A DNA stretch of 64,000 nt, taken from Amphiscolops sp. MND2022. Taxonomy: Eukaryota. The position numbers were made by a program, and so were the translations under genes. The notes under the pieces are model-generated. The model searched no databases and was not told where the DNA came from. It worked only from the letters and a program-made list of their open reading frames with translations. Of the stretch, positions 1-14,252 are shown piece by piece; position 1 is the first letter of the stretch; each line of letters starts with the position of its first letter. The stretch lies in contig OZ076409.1 of NCBI GenBank assembly GCA_964187785.1, positions 61,692,001 to 61,756,000 on the forward strand, read 5' to 3'.

Positions 1-3000
1 TTCCTTCTATGGTCACGTATGGGACAAATTATGTGTTGGATAAACCCCTCGTTTCAAAAATCTCTAAAGTTCTCACCCGTGAAACCTTTTCCTAGGCCCG
101 TTCTTTTTTTTTGGAAAACCGTTTGTTGCGATAAACTCTAGCAAAAAGTCAATTACTTTGTCCGCCGACGGATTTGAAAAAAAGTGTCCGACCAACCTGA
201 TTTGTTATCGACTGAGACTAGTAGATACTTTTTCTGATTGTATGCATTTTGGATTGGGTCCGCAAAATCTAGCGAGATATCGTCATTCGGTTGGCTTGCT
301 TCCGGTATATTTTTATACACTTCATATTCTTACCTGCTGTTTGTCAGTCAGCACAATTTTTGGCCTTTTCTAAAGTTCGCGTAGTATCAAAGGCCACCAC
401 ACAACAGATGCCCCGCACAATATGGCATCGCCCTGCTTGAACTCTTCTTGAAATTGTCCTCCAGTTTTGTGCGCTGGACACGCTCGCTGACCAGAATTGT
501 CGAATCAGCCTCCTCGCTGAAGTCCTCAGGTTCAATTTGCAGATAGTGTTTTTTTAGAATAAGTTTTCTGATCATAGCCAATTTTAAGATATTCGGTTGT
601 CCACACGTCTGCTGCTCGCACGCCGATTCATTATCCACTCCTTTCTCTGATCTTAACGCGAACAAGATATTCGATATTAAACTCGTGTCCCGCTGTACTA
701 TGATGCTTCTATTCGTTGTACGCCTTCTGTCTGCTGTTCTGATCTTTCTTTCCACTTTACCATTCCCTCTATGGTCACGTATGGGACAAATTATGTGTTG
801 GATACCCCCTCGTTTCAAAATTCTCTAAAGTTCTCACCCGTGAAAACTTTTCGTCGGCCCGTTCTTTTTATTTTTGGAAATCCCTTTGTTGCGATATACT
901 CTAGCAAAAAGTCAATTACTTTGTCCGCCGACGGATTTGGAAAAAAAGGCGTCCGACCAACCTGAATTGTTATCGACTGAGACTAGTAGATACTTTTTCT
1001 GTTTGTATGAATTTTGGATTGGGTCCGCAAAATCTAGCGAGATATCGTTATTCGGTTGGCTCGCTTCCGGTATAATTTTTTACGCTTCATGTTCTTACCT
1101 GCTGTTTGTCAGTCAGCACAAATTTTGGCCTTTTCTAAAGTTTCGCGTAGTATCAATGGCCACCACACAACAGATGCCCCGCGCAATATGGCATCGCCCT
1201 CCTTGAACTCTTCTTCAAATTGTTCTCCAGTTTTGTGCGCTGGACACGCTCTCTGACCAGAATTGTCGAATCAGCCTCCTCGCTGAAGTCCTCAGGTTCA
1301 ATTTGCAGATAGTGGTTTTTTTAGAATAAATTTTCTGATCATAGCCAATTTTAAGGTATTCGGTTGTCCACACGTCTGCTGCTCACACGCCGATTCATTA
1401 TCCACTCCTTTCTCTGATCTTAACGCGAACACGATATTCGATATTAAACTCGTGTCCCGCTGTACTATGATGCTTCTATTCGTTGTAAGCCTTCTGTCTG
1501 CTGTTCTGATCTTTCTTTCCACTTTACCATTCCCTCTATGGTCACGTATGGGACAAATTATGTGTTGGATACCCCCTCGTTTCAAAATTCTCTAAAGTTC
1601 TCACCCGTGAAAACTTTTCCTAGGCCCGTTCTTTTTATTTTTGGAAATCCCTTTGTTGCGATATACTCTAGCAAAAAGTCAATTACTTTGTCCGCCGACG
1701 GATTTGGAAAAAAAGGCGTCCGACCAACCTGAATTGTTATCGACTGAGACTAGTAGATACTTTTTCTTTTTGTATGCATATTGGATTGGGTCCGCAAAAT
1801 CTAGCGAGATATCGTCATTCGGTTGGCTCGCTTACGCTATATTTTTATACACTTCATATTCTTACCTGCTGTTTGTCAGTCGGCACAACTTTTGGCCTTT
1901 TCTAAAGTCTCGCGTAGTATCAATGGCCACCACACATCAGATCCCCGCGCAACATGGCGTCGCTCACAGCTTGCCCAAAGTGAATGGTCCCCAATGCATT
2001 TTCGCGCATATCTTTGGAAATCACTAAGCATTGATCCATGTATAATAATTTTTGCGAAACAATACTGAATGAAATTGATTTTCCCTTGCAAGGTGGTGGC
2101 ATTCTAGAGATTACTGCAGGAGTTTTATCTTTCACCAGGCAAATGATATTTTGTTTGTTTTTATCTTTTCCGTAGTTAGCTTGTACAAAGACGCAGCTTA
2201 CTTAACATTTGACAATTCATTATCCACTGACATTTCGGAGCTAATTGGCACTTGACGTAATGACGTAATTGTTTACAATTGATGCTCGAATGCGTAGACG
2301 CATGAACTGTGAGCACACCTTCTTTTGCGTGTTGCTTGCTTTTACCCCATCTCTCAAATCTGATTGGTCCTTTTTCATTGGTGACTTTTCTACGCAATGC
2401 CGGTACGATCTCTTTTAACACATTTGAAGTAAACCAACATTTCAACAATTCTTGCTGTTCTGATCATTCTTTCCACTTTACCATTCCCTCTATGGTCACG
2501 TATGGGACAAATTATGTGTTGGATAAACCCCTCGTTTCAAAATTCTCTAAAGTTCTCACCCGTGAAAACTTTTCCTAGGCCCGTTCTTTTTCTTTTAGGA
2601 AAACCGTTTGTTGCGATATACTCTAGCAAAAAGTCAATTACTTTGTCCGCCGACGGATTTGAAAAAAAGCGTCCGACCAACCTGAATTGTTATCGACTGA
2701 GACTAGTCGATACTTTTTCTGATTGTATGCATTCTGGATTGGGTCCGCAAAATCTAGCGAGATATCGTCATTCGGTTGGCTCGCTTCCGGTATATTTTTA
2801 TACACTTCATATTCTTACCTGCTGTTTGTCAGTCAGCACAATTTTTGGCCTTTTCTAAAGTTTCGCGTAGTATCAAAGGCCACCACACAACAGATGCCCC
2901 GCGCAATATGGCATCGCCCTCCTTGAACGCTTCTTGAAATTGTCCTCCAGTTTTGTGCGCTGGACACGCTCTCTGACCAGAATTGTCGAATCAACCTCCT

Positions 3001-3670
3001 CGCTGAAGTCCTCAGGTTCAATTTGCAGATAGTGGTTTTTTTAGAACAAATTTCCTGATCATAGCCAATTTTAACCTTTTCGGTTGTCCACACGTCTGCT
3101 GCTCACACGCCGATTCATTATCCACTCCTTTCTCTGATTTTAACGCGAACAAGATATTCGATATTGAACTCGTGTACCCGCTGTACTATGATGCTTCTAT
3201 TCGTTGTAAGCCTTCTGTCTGCTGTTCTGATCTTTCTTTCCATTTTACCATTCCCTCTATGGTCACGTATGGGACAAATTATGTGTTGGATACCCCCTCG
3301 TTTCGAAATTCTCTAAAGTTCTCACCCGTGAAAACTTTTCCTAGGCCCGTTCATTTTATTTTTGGAAATCCCTTTGTTGCGATATACTCTAGCAAAAAGT
3401 CAATTACTTTGTCCGCCGACGGATTTGGAAAAAAAGGCGTCCGACCAACCTGAATTGTTATCGACTGAGACTAGTAGATACTTTTTCTGTTTGTATGCAT
3501 TTTGGATTGGGTCCGCAAAATCTAGCGAGATATCGTCATTCGGTTGGCTCGCTTCCGGTATATTTTTATACGCTTCATGCTCTTACCTGCTGTTTGTCAG
3601 TCAGCACAATTTTTGGCCTTTTCTAAAGTTTCGCGTAGTATCAATGGCCACCACACAACAGATGGCCCGC
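1..3670 (-). repeat. Tandem amplification of a ~765-bp Gypsy integrase-core segment
   Basis: The marker ATGGTCACGTATGGGACAAATT recurs at 9, 771, 1538, 2492 and 3259. Confidence 0.92.
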
Positions 3671-6322
3671 GCCTCCACACCGTTGATTTTACCGTTGAGC
3701 CTTCATAATTGGGAGATAATGTGAAAGATGGTGACAAGCTCCTGTACTACTGTAGAATTAAAAGTGACTAGTCTATCCTCCCACCATGTTAAACTACTTG
3801 AAAAAGTTTTTATTTCCTTTTTTTACTTTAAAAACCCTTTTTAGGCCTTGTGGTCAGATACCACTCCAAATTTCACTTCGTAGACGTTCTTTTTAAAATA
3901 TTCCACTGATCATACTACAGGTAGCAGTTCTATTTCATTTATTGAAAAAACTTAGGTTTTAGTTCGGCCAGAAAGCTTGATGCATATGCAACTAGTTTCT
4001 TTCCTTCGTCTTATTTTTGCTGCCTAGCATTTGTGTGCTTGCATCACAAATTATTCGCAACAGTTTATTTCTTTTGGAATGATTTAATTTCACAACTTAT
4101 CTCACTCATTGATTCACTCTTTTAAAAACTTTTCCATGTTCATCGGCCCAATTCCAGATTGGGTCTCTTTCTAAGATCAATCTGCATGGAAAACAAATTG
4201 CCGCTAAATCTGAAACGAATCTATTGAACAGATTTACTGCGCCAAAAAGTGATCATAATTCTTTTAAAGTCGTTGGTCTGAATTTATTGGATAATCCTCA
4301 CACTTTTGGCGATATGCCTGAAATTGTCAAATCAAAGCCTAGCCACTCTATTCCCTGATTAGCAAATTTGCACTTTCCCGTCTTTAATAGTAATTCCGCT
4401 TCATCCACTACTCTCAAGATTTCCTGTACTATATATAAATGTTCGTTCTTGATTCCCTTGGTTACAATTAGTTTGTCGTCGATAAACACAAAACTCCGAT
4501 AAATTTCGCTAGTAACATCCATTACTTTTTATTATTCTCGCGGCATAAACGTCAGACCATACAACCCTGTTATGAATCTGTATTTTCCGTTAGATTCTCC
4601 TCCAATAAATCGAAAATTACACTGTTTTGCTTTTAGTAAAAGTGATGGGACTCGGCCATAAACATATGTCAAGCCCACGGACGAATACCATGCCTCTCCT
4701 TTTTTACTATCTAGTTTTTCTGCTGTCATCTCTAGTAGGTTTTATCGATATGGCAATTGGTTTATGTTTTTATCAATGGTCTTGTTCAACGGTCTTGCAT
4801 CTAGTGCTATCATTACCGAGCGGTCTTTCTTTACTGTTATCATCGTTGGCTGTTTAAAGACGTCTTCTTTTATGTCATTTACTTCCTCAATAGGTCCTGC
4901 TCTTGACAAACGTCTTGGTTTCAGTTTTATTTTGATTTGATGACTTTTTCCCGTTTCTTTTACACAATTTTGGAAAATCACTATCAAAATGCCTAGCTTC
5001 CGCACTTAGTTTTTCGTCGATTTCGATTGAATCAAGTTCACACTCGCCTTCGTTTATTAAAGCAAACTTGTACCGCAACGTTGACACCCATTCTCTCCAA
5101 ACACTTGACCTTGTTCCCTTCTTGGGAACTAGTTTTCTCGCCTCTATAGTGTATTGGTTGCCTACTTGTAACTGAGTTTGTTTCCCAATAGATTTATTGT
5201 TTTCCTATTGAAAACAAAGTATTCCTCCTCTTTTTTCCTCTCGCACTTGAAGTGTTTCTATTTTCAGTATTTGTTTTATCTCATCTAGTTCAAAAATTGT
5301 TATCGGGGATCCAGAGTCGATCATCGTTGTAAACTTGTTTCCATTTTTGAAACTTTCCCTGTATTATGGCTTCGTGTTTTCTTGTTCTCTTTCTACATTC
5401 AATATTTTCAACTAAGAGTCTCATTGTCATCTTCATCTTCATGGTCAACTAAATGTACGCGGCGCTTTGTTCGCTCACCATTGTCATTTGCTCTTAATTT
5501 GCCACGTTGTTGTGAATATCTTTCTTCCTCTGATTTCATGCTCTCTCCAAATTGCTTTTTCTGCAACAATAGTTGCACATCGCGTTTGGTCCTTTACAGA
5601 ATTTTAGGTGGTTCAACGTGGAACTACAAGCGCCGCATCTCTAACATTCTCGTGTATTCTTTCGACTTCCGGTCAGCGTGCAATCTGGCTCTTCGTTTAT
5701 TTTCGTTTTTCGTCCTATTTAGCCGTACGTTCTGTTTTTTTAAACCCGTACTCGAAGGCAATTGTAAATTGAAGTGCCTCTGCTGGGGTATCCTTCGGCT
5801 CTGTTCAGACTTTTTCTAGTACTTGTCTATTCGCCCTGTTCTGTACAAAAATGACGTACACCAATCCTTCACTTTGGTTTCTGAAGTCATATTTCCTAGC
5901 AATTTCATTTCGGACATTCCAATACTGGTGAAAGGATTCCTTCGGCTTTTGCTTTCTGAACAAGAACGTATTTCCATCCATAGTTCTTTTACGACGTATA
6001 TGAAGGCACTCGTTGCAGAATTGAATGAAATAAGGCAGCTGAATAAGCAAAGAAGTTCTTCGAGGGAAGATATCCGTGAGTATTTTTCTGCCAGTGTTTC
6101 CCTGTGAAATGAACAATAAATTCGTTACCATTCCTATTGCTGCTGTTTCCTATAGGACAGCCATCCGAGAGTTGGTACTCGAGGGTTTTGTTCAACTGCA
6201 TTTCTCGTCAATTCCGATATTGATATCGAGTGATGAGCTAACACTGCTACCTCGAATAGCTGCAATCACCGTTCCCAGTTGTAGCCAGGTGGGTGAGAGA
6301 ATTTAAAAGGTTATCTTCATTT

Positions 6323-7202
6323 GATTGCAGCGCCATGTTTACGACTAGCGAACTCAGTGCAATAAAAATGAATTGATTAGCAACTGTGAATTAGTATCAA
6401 TTCTGAATTATAGCAATTGTTTTGGTTTGCCATTATGGCTAAATTTGACAGGTTGTTAACCTTTGATTCAACCATTCAATTAATTCGAGTACAGTACTGT
6501 GATTAAGAATTCGTCCCCCTATGCTCTGAGCGTCGTTATCAACCAATTAGAATTGCGCATTTGCTCTCACTTTCAATTCTGATTGGCGCATCAAGTGACA
6601 TCTCCGGCGCAAAAAGAACACTTCTGCTATTTTCCCAGATTTGGGCAGGTTTTTGAGATATTTTCCTGAAAATTTTAAATTCATCGAATTCTGCAGATTG
6701 TATAGAATTTAATGATATATTTTTTGTTTCAAGAAGATTCTAAATGAAAAAATAATCTCAGTTTTCCGGCGCGAAACGTTCATTTCCTATCTTAATACAT
6801 GTAAATCGACGAAATTTTACCTTTCGAGCATGATATTTCAAAAACGGTTGATAATTTTTGAAATCGGAAAATATCCATAGATTCAGTAGATTTGTGCAAG
6901 TTATTTGAGCATAAAACTTGCCAAAATTACTGTTGGTAAAGCGGTCAAAAATTAGTAAAACGGAAAAAAGCCCCAAATTTGCTCAAAATCAGCTAATTGT
7001 AACTTTCTCAATTTTTGTCCCACAATGTAAACTAGATGAAATTCTAAGAAACTTTTAATTCTAATGTTTTTCAAAATTCTGAAGTGATTTCGGGATAATC
7101 GAGCCTAAAATCGCCCGGGGGACGTTTTCTTAATCACAGTACTGTATTTTCTCACTTTCACTTTCTCGTAGTTAGTTCAATGTAAATCTAGGCTCTACCA
7201 CA
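6323..7202 (-). repeat. Putative 5' LTR (6336-7202, interrupted by a MITE) and primer-binding site
   Basis: The minus strand reads ...GTAAACA|TGGCGCTGCAATC, an LTR CA end followed by a TGG-starting PBS. Candidate TG start at 7202. The partner LTR is not in the window. Confidence 0.5.
6492..7144. mobile_element. Tc1/mariner-type MITE
   Basis: TIRs CAGTACTGTGATTAAGAA...TTCTTAATCACAGTACTG, flanked by TA on both sides. Confidence 0.88.
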
Positions 7203-8407
7203 AAATTCAACTGACTTAAACATGGTTTCGTGTCATTAGTATGTGTAAAGTTTTTTTTGCACTTTTTAGTTGACCTCGAACTGACTCCCATTATCGCTAA
7301 AAAACAGTGCAACCAAATTCGAGCTTTTAATGCACTTTTGAACAATTTTCATTAACTTTTGTGGGTTAGAAAATTCGAAACGATCCAAAACAAAGGGGCC
7401 AGTTATCCAAGATGCTCCTTTAGAAGAAAGTTCGGTTGAAAAAGTAGTGTTTCAAAATCATTCCAATATACATAAACACTACCAAAAGCTTTCCAAACAT
7501 TTATTGCAACTTCTGGATACTTTTCGCTCTTTTTGTAGGTTACAACACCAAAAAAAAAACAGGTCGAAATCCAGAAAATTAATGTGTTAGAAGTGTTTCA
7601 AAATGACCTCAAAAAACATAAAACTCAACAAAACCTTTCGATTTCTGGCATTTTTTGGCTGCTTCTGTAGTTTTCGAGGGTCAGAAAACTGCGAAAACTC
7701 CAAGAATAGGAAAAACAGCTATCCAGGATGCTTTTTTTTGGAAGAGAAGTTTGAGAAAGGGAGAAAAACAATTTTCAAAATGACACCAGAATATTCCAAT
7801 TTTCCAACATATTCTGCAGTTTTTGTACATTTTTTGGGGCATTCGGTTTGATTACCCCCCGATTTGGTTACCAACCAGAGAATGGAAAAACCCAAAAGAC
7901 ATCCAATATGAAATAACTAGCTATCCAATCTAACCAGCTATCGAGAAACCCAAATTGTTATGTTCAAGAAGTGAACATTTTTAACTCAGGAAAAATACAA
8001 AAAATTCCATGTTGACATCCAAAATTATTCAACATGCTTCTTAGAAGAGAAAGTTGAGGTTTTTAGCTCAAAAAATGGAAAGATGCTTCCCAAAATATGG
8101 AAGGAAGAGTTTTAAATCTCGATCGTTTGATGCAACTTCTCTACGAATTTCGAATGTTTTCATAAGTATGAAGTTGTTATCTTGAAAGAGCAAAACAATG
8201 ATTCATTTGAGAGACCTTGTAATAAAGCAATAAGCAGTTTTGCATTTTTGCATTTTGAAAACTTTTCTTATGCCTCAAAAAACGAAAATGTTTTTTTTTC
8301 GTTTTTTGAAACTTCAATGCATTTTTAGACACTATTCTGCTTTTACTGGTAGGTGTTCAAAAATGAGTACCTTTGTATCATACTCTTAAGGACCGAAACG
8401 TAATTTT

Positions 8408-8902
8408 AACAAGACGATAACGTCTAAAGTCGGCGCCATATCTAAGGCTCAAAAAGCGCAAAATTTTTTTTTGGAAAAAAATTGAAATTTTTGAAAAAAA
8501 ATTTTCTGTCAAAAAAAGTCGCATAGTGCCGAAAAATGTAAAAGGGGGACCCTTCTGGATTAATCAACATACATTCCGTTGCAAAATATCAAAAAACTCG
8601 AAGGGGGAACTCTTTGGGGACAAAAAAATTTCGAAAAAAAAGTCGCACAGTGCCGAAAAAAACTCAAAGGGGGGACCCTAGAGTCTCGTCCTGTTTTGTA
8701 TCTTACAATAAAAATGGACTAACTGAAAGGGGGGACCCTTTGCACTATCTCAAATGCGCTGTCAGTATTTTAGTAGTACTGTAATTAGTAGTTGAACGTT
8801 AATTTTAACGTTCGTCGCTTCGAGTCTGTTTTAAAAAAAAAGAAAAAAAACGAGTGACTGTAATAGTCGGGCTCTTTTATTCATAAAAGCGCCGGCTAAA
8901 AA
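8408..8902 (-). mobile_element. HINE/DINE-1-like non-autonomous Helentron
   Basis: AACAAGACGATAACGTC hairpin plus AGTCGGCGC sub-terminal IR at one end; GCGCCGGCTAAAAA at the other; internal GGGGACCC repeats. Confidence 0.7.
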
Positions 8903-11900
8903 CCTTCGAAGATACCAGAATGAAAAAATTGAATGTTACGGCCTACGTACGGGTCGTTATTTTGAGTAGAGTTAATTCTAACTGATTTTGTAGGAGTGTA
9001 GAAGTTCTCGTTTCATTCTCCGTTTCTTCTTCGCATTTTCTCTTATATTTTCTCTTGCTTCAGGTTTTAGAAGCTTCAACATCACTTTCTGAGACTCTAC
9101 AAGGAGATTCTTGATTTCACAAGTGATCTCTTTTAAAGAAGCCCTCAAACTTTCAAAGAGACTAACTTCAACCCTGAGGGATTCTGGTTTAGACGGTCCC
9201 ACAACACTTACGTCTTGATCTAAATGGCAAGAATTTTCCACTGCCACTGGTGGAACACAAAACCTTCACTTACATTTTCATTTGCTTCTTGCTGGTTGTT
9301 CCTTCTCTTTTGACTCCTGGTGGTTGTCATTTTGATGAAGAAAGATTTGATTCAGATGAATTCAAGTTATCGTTTGAAGATTTTTCAACAAAGTTGAATG
9401 AGGTGAATTGAAACAAAAAACAAATTGAAGAGCAGCTGGTTTTCACGATCAGAAAAGACTGAGTCCCTCAATTAATAAAATGCATCGTATTTATACCCTC
9501 TTAGCATCATTTGATCGCGACTATATTCCTAGTTTCCTTCGAACAATTAGTCATTTCCTGTTTTTTCGGTTTAAAAATCATTATGATCCCAAATTTTCAT
9601 CGACATTTCGTCAAATTTTAAGACACGGCAATTTTAATTTAGTATTAGTCATCAACCGTGATCACATTATTTCATTCTGGCGTCCTTTTGCTTCCTCCCA
9701 ATCAGAAAGTAGATATTACTTCAGTCTGTCAATCCGGAAATGTTTCCCTGTTTTGCTGCTTTGGTTTGTAGGAAAATTGACGCGGAGATGACGCTGACGT
9801 GAACAACTAATACCTGATTTTGAAATTTAGCATGATCAAAATGTGATAACTAACTTCCAAATTACGATTATTTAAGCGATGCTAGGAAGATCTTTCAAAT
9901 TAATTGGGACGCAATCATCGAAATAGAATTGAAATCAAATTTACAATCCTTAATATTTAAATACATATATTGTCAACAATTTTGACTCGACGCGACAAGT
10001 GCGACAAGTTTACAAATCAACTCAACAGAAACAAGGAACTTCAAATATTAACTTAAAGTAGCGTTATGAAGTGAATGCTCTTTGGTATTATAAGCCTCAT
10101 TTATGAAATGGCACTCAATCGGATATGGCCTTTAACAAAATTTGTAGGTTCATGAATTTCTCAAACATGGGGCAGCGCAAACACAACGTCATACAAACGT
10201 GAACGGATAAAAAATATAACAGACAACAAGTTCATGCTTTACAACGCTGTTAATTAACAAAAATATTTTATGTAATAAAATACAGCCGTTTATCTAGCAA
10301 CAAAGATATAGATTGTGACTCTCATTTCAAGAAAATACAGAAAATTTCATCCAAATCGCTTTGTAGTGTAATTTTAGGTGAATGATATTTTAATCAACGC
10401 AGGGTAGACGCAATTCGTTAAATCCTCTTTCTCGTTTAGTTGAAACTAGTTCGAAACAACCGTTCTCTTTATGCTAGTCCCACTAAAATCGGTGTTCATT
10501 TTACTATCTTGGATGGATTAAGATAGCTTATTTTGATGGATTTGAGACGTACCGTTGACAAGTTTTGTTGGCAAATTGGGCAGATCGACTAGTTTGACGT
10601 AATACTGTCGAGTATTTTAGAAATGAGTCCCTAGCTAGTTACAAGCATCGTGACGTCACACTGGCGGTAAATTGAAATGATTTCTAATAAGGTCATTATT
10701 ATAGGCGGATAATTGGAATGGTTTTCTGGTACGCATAGACGAGGCAGTGACGTCAATTGGTATACCTTCAAAGCTTGTCTGCGTCTTACTGACGACAAAT
10801 ATACATGTATCTTTATTTCTACCGCTGCTTTGTTTACTTATCGCAGTTTTGTCGTCCTAAATCGCACTAATTGCTGTTCAAAGTGCAATTGAGCTGCTTT
10901 TCTCAGAAAAGGCCTAATTTTCTCGGCGTGCCATATCGATGTATTTTCTCTTTTAGATCTGATTGATGCTCTTCCTTGGAGATGATTTTGGATATGTTTC
11001 TATTTAGATTAGCTTATGATCTCTTTATTTTAAGACGTATTTTAATTTAGTTTTTAGGTGGCGAATGGTTCTATTTTGTCGAGAAGAGACTGAAACGCCT
11101 ACCGGAAAAGTGTGAAAAATCATTTTAGTTCATTTGTCTTCTGTAACTAATTTCGTTTGAAAATTCTGTTGAGTAGACGTATATTTTGTGTTTTAAGTCA
11201 CAGTTTATTTTGGCAATGAACATTAAAAGTGTAAAGTTTTATGACTAAGTTACCATTTTGAGAAGCGCAGGTTACAGCCGTGCCCTCTTCCGATTGCTAT
11301 GCGTCTGCAGGAGCTTCCCAAGCCCGGAGCGGGTTGTGACACTGAAACAAAAATTACAATTTGACATTTTAGTTGCAAAGTTTGAAACGTTTCTAAGTAG
11401 TTTCGTACTTTACATAACCATCGAAAGGAGCATCGAACGAAACAACTACACATTACGTTTTCATGAGAGAAAGTGTTTTTTCGGAAAAGGTCCCAGAAAC
11501 CTTACAAAAGCTAACTTATCTCCAATTTCTACTGTATTAATCATTTCCTGTACAATTTTTTTAGGTTAGAATGAATAATCACGTTTAAAGTTACACTGAA
11601 TGCCTCATGAGCGTTTTCTTAGAAAACAAAACTCGACGATAGTTTTTGATTTATCCAAAACACGCATATGAGATTCAAAAAACGTCCAACTTTGAATGTT
11701 TCTCGCTTTTTTATAATCTGTCGTTGTTTATGTAGTGTGATTATTCAAGGATTTTAATAACAACAAGTTCGGCTCCCAAACAATTTTTTGTTGTTCAAAG
11801 CTTCAGTCATTTTCAAAGCAGGGGTAAAATTATTTTAAATTGTGCACGTTTTCACGCTCGAGTCTTGAGAACATGTCGTAGCTATTTTTTCAGGAGCGGA

Positions 11901-14252
11901 AAGTATCCCACTGTTCAGTGAGGGTCGTATTTTGTTCGGTGTAAAATGAGGTAGTTATTTTCTAGTCAAAAAGCCAGCGTGTTGACAGAAATTATTCAGT
12001 AAGTTATAAAATGAATGAAGTGCTGTTTTGTCAAATTAATAACTAGGAAGTCGCCTGAAAAGACGACAAAAGGTGAATAAATGTAGAGAAAGAGTAGTTT
12101 GTTACTACCTTCCTATTGTTCATGCATTTTCGATAGGATTTTAATTTCATTCATAGTCTCAGATATAAGAATTTCTTCACTAGGTTGCTGCTTAAGTCTC
12201 AAGGCCAGTCAGAAAGAATGAGTTGACTATTGCATCGATTTGGGCAAATTATTTTCGGAACTGTTGAACTATATTTGGTGTTGTCAAGTCAAACTTGCTA
12301 ATTAAACTACGTTTTCCAGTACTACTTGCCCTGCTGGTAGCTTGTTTGTTGTTTCCTATGTTCAGTGCATATACTGCGCGTTTGACTCGGAATCTCCAAT
12401 CTGAGACCAAAAGCAAGGTCTTCGAGCTTGATCTTCACTTCTATTTCCCAATGAGTTGTGTAATCTTTTGGAAATATTTATTCATTTTCGTCATTTTCTG
12501 AGTGTAGAATCATGTTTATTATAATCTTTTTCATGTTGAAGTAGTTCAGTGTTTTTACCATTCCAATTATAAAACTTTCCTTTTTCGAGCTTCAGTCATC
12601 TGGGTTGATGTAAGTCAGTCCCAACTTTGGTTTGGCGTCTTGAATTGGCGGGAATTTGAGAAGAAGGGACCCGGAATCGTGACTTAGGTAAGAGGTTAAA
12701 CACTCCTCTTCTTTATGTGTGATGAAACTGAAAACTTGAGACACGAGGAAGCTTTCCTTCTGTGGATTTTCTTACCTGGGAAGGGACACTGAACTGAACA
12801 AGGTAAAACGTACACGTGCGGGACTTTTCCGCGCGCCTGGCGTAAAATATTTATGCCTGGAGCGGGGTTAGGAAAAGACACAATTCCTCGTTGAACTTAT
12901 GAAGATTAGTACTATCTTTAAGACTCGTTTCTTAGGATTTTCCGATTTCAATTCAATTTCCTATTTCAGAAACAAAGAAACCAGAAAAGTCAAAACAGTC
13001 AAAACATATTACCTGAATTCAGGTTTCGCAAACCGGTTTCATTCTTCACTACAATATCAGAGGATTCAAGCAAAAGCAAACTGATTCTCCCGCTATATGT
13101 TGGGGAGGAATGGAAGTCGTAAGTCATTAAGGAGACCAAAACTCAGAAATGTCCGAGCAGGACTTCGAGCAAATAATCAGTAAGATTGTGAACAGTGTCT
13201 CAAAAGGGCTCAAAAAAACTGAGTTAGGTCAGAGGGAAATCCCTATCGAAACAATCTCCTCAAAAGTGTAGTTTAAAAGGATCAAATCAGGACCCTTGCT
13301 GATCAACCTCCGGTGTGAATTCTCATGAAAGCACTATAGAAGAGACTGCGTGTGAAGTTGATCGATCAACAATCGTAACTCAGACAATGAGTTATAACAG
13401 TGATGGATCACGGGTTTATTTCCGACATTTCAAACCGATTTGAATATATCTGCTTCGAGAATTGATGCATAATTGTGCAAAAAAGTTACATTACAGCGAA
13501 ACATCTAGGTATTAATGAGGTTAGTTGACATTGATATTTTTCGCAGTATTTTAGTGAACAATTTTTGGCAAAAATATCTCCAAAGACTGTTTTAAATTTG
13601 ATAAATGTATAATTTGATTAGTAACCTTGGATCTTGAACCATGAACCTTGACAGCGAGTTCTTTATCTTCATGCCAATGGGAAACAAGCTATCAACAAGA
13701 ATTGATTGCATAAGACTTCAGCTTCGTGACCTAATCAAAATTTATTTCTTGAAGAACCACAGTGTTTATCAACAAATCGGGAACGACAGAAGTCGGAATC
13801 AACAAAGTCTGAATAGCGCAAAGCAGTTCAAATGGCTTGAACAATCTCTCAGAAGCATCATAAAGGCGAAAATTTTTCGAAGGGTGGACTTTAAAAAAAC
13901 CTTTAAAATTTTTAAAACTGGAAGCATCAAAGAGAATCAAAGCGATAGTTTTTCTGTGAAATGAAAAAAAAACAATACTAGTGTCGGAAAAACGAAATGA
14001 CTACCCTTTGGATACGAAAGGACATTTACCAATTGAAATTATCCAAAAAAACGACGAACCTTTTTGTGAAATGAAGTAAAATGTAATTTGCATGGAATTG
14101 AACGCGGGACCCATTTGTTTCGTTCAGTTCGTGTGTATTAAAAACGTTGAACAAGCGGACCAACAACCAGTGTAATAGGAGCATTTCATTTCGAAAGCGC
14201 AAATTAAAAAAGCGAATTTGGTGAAACCAAATACTGAACGTAGAGGTGTCTA

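Larger units (their letters stand above)
1..7202 (-). mobile_element. Decayed Ty3/Gypsy LTR retrotransposon (gag-PR-RT-RNaseH-INT order), running off the window start
   Basis: Gag-like RKQKPKESFHQYW (about 5900); protease FTTMIDSGSPITI (about 5300-5335); RT ITVKKDRSVMIALDARPLNK and FVFIDDKLI (about 4300-4850); RNase H-like segment (about 3850-4050); integrase HRGNGKVERKIRT. Many stops and frameshifts. Confidence 0.88.

Noticed and set aside
8978..9247. 89-aa charged ORF
   Set aside because: No clear splice sites or family motif; probably a TE-derived fragment.
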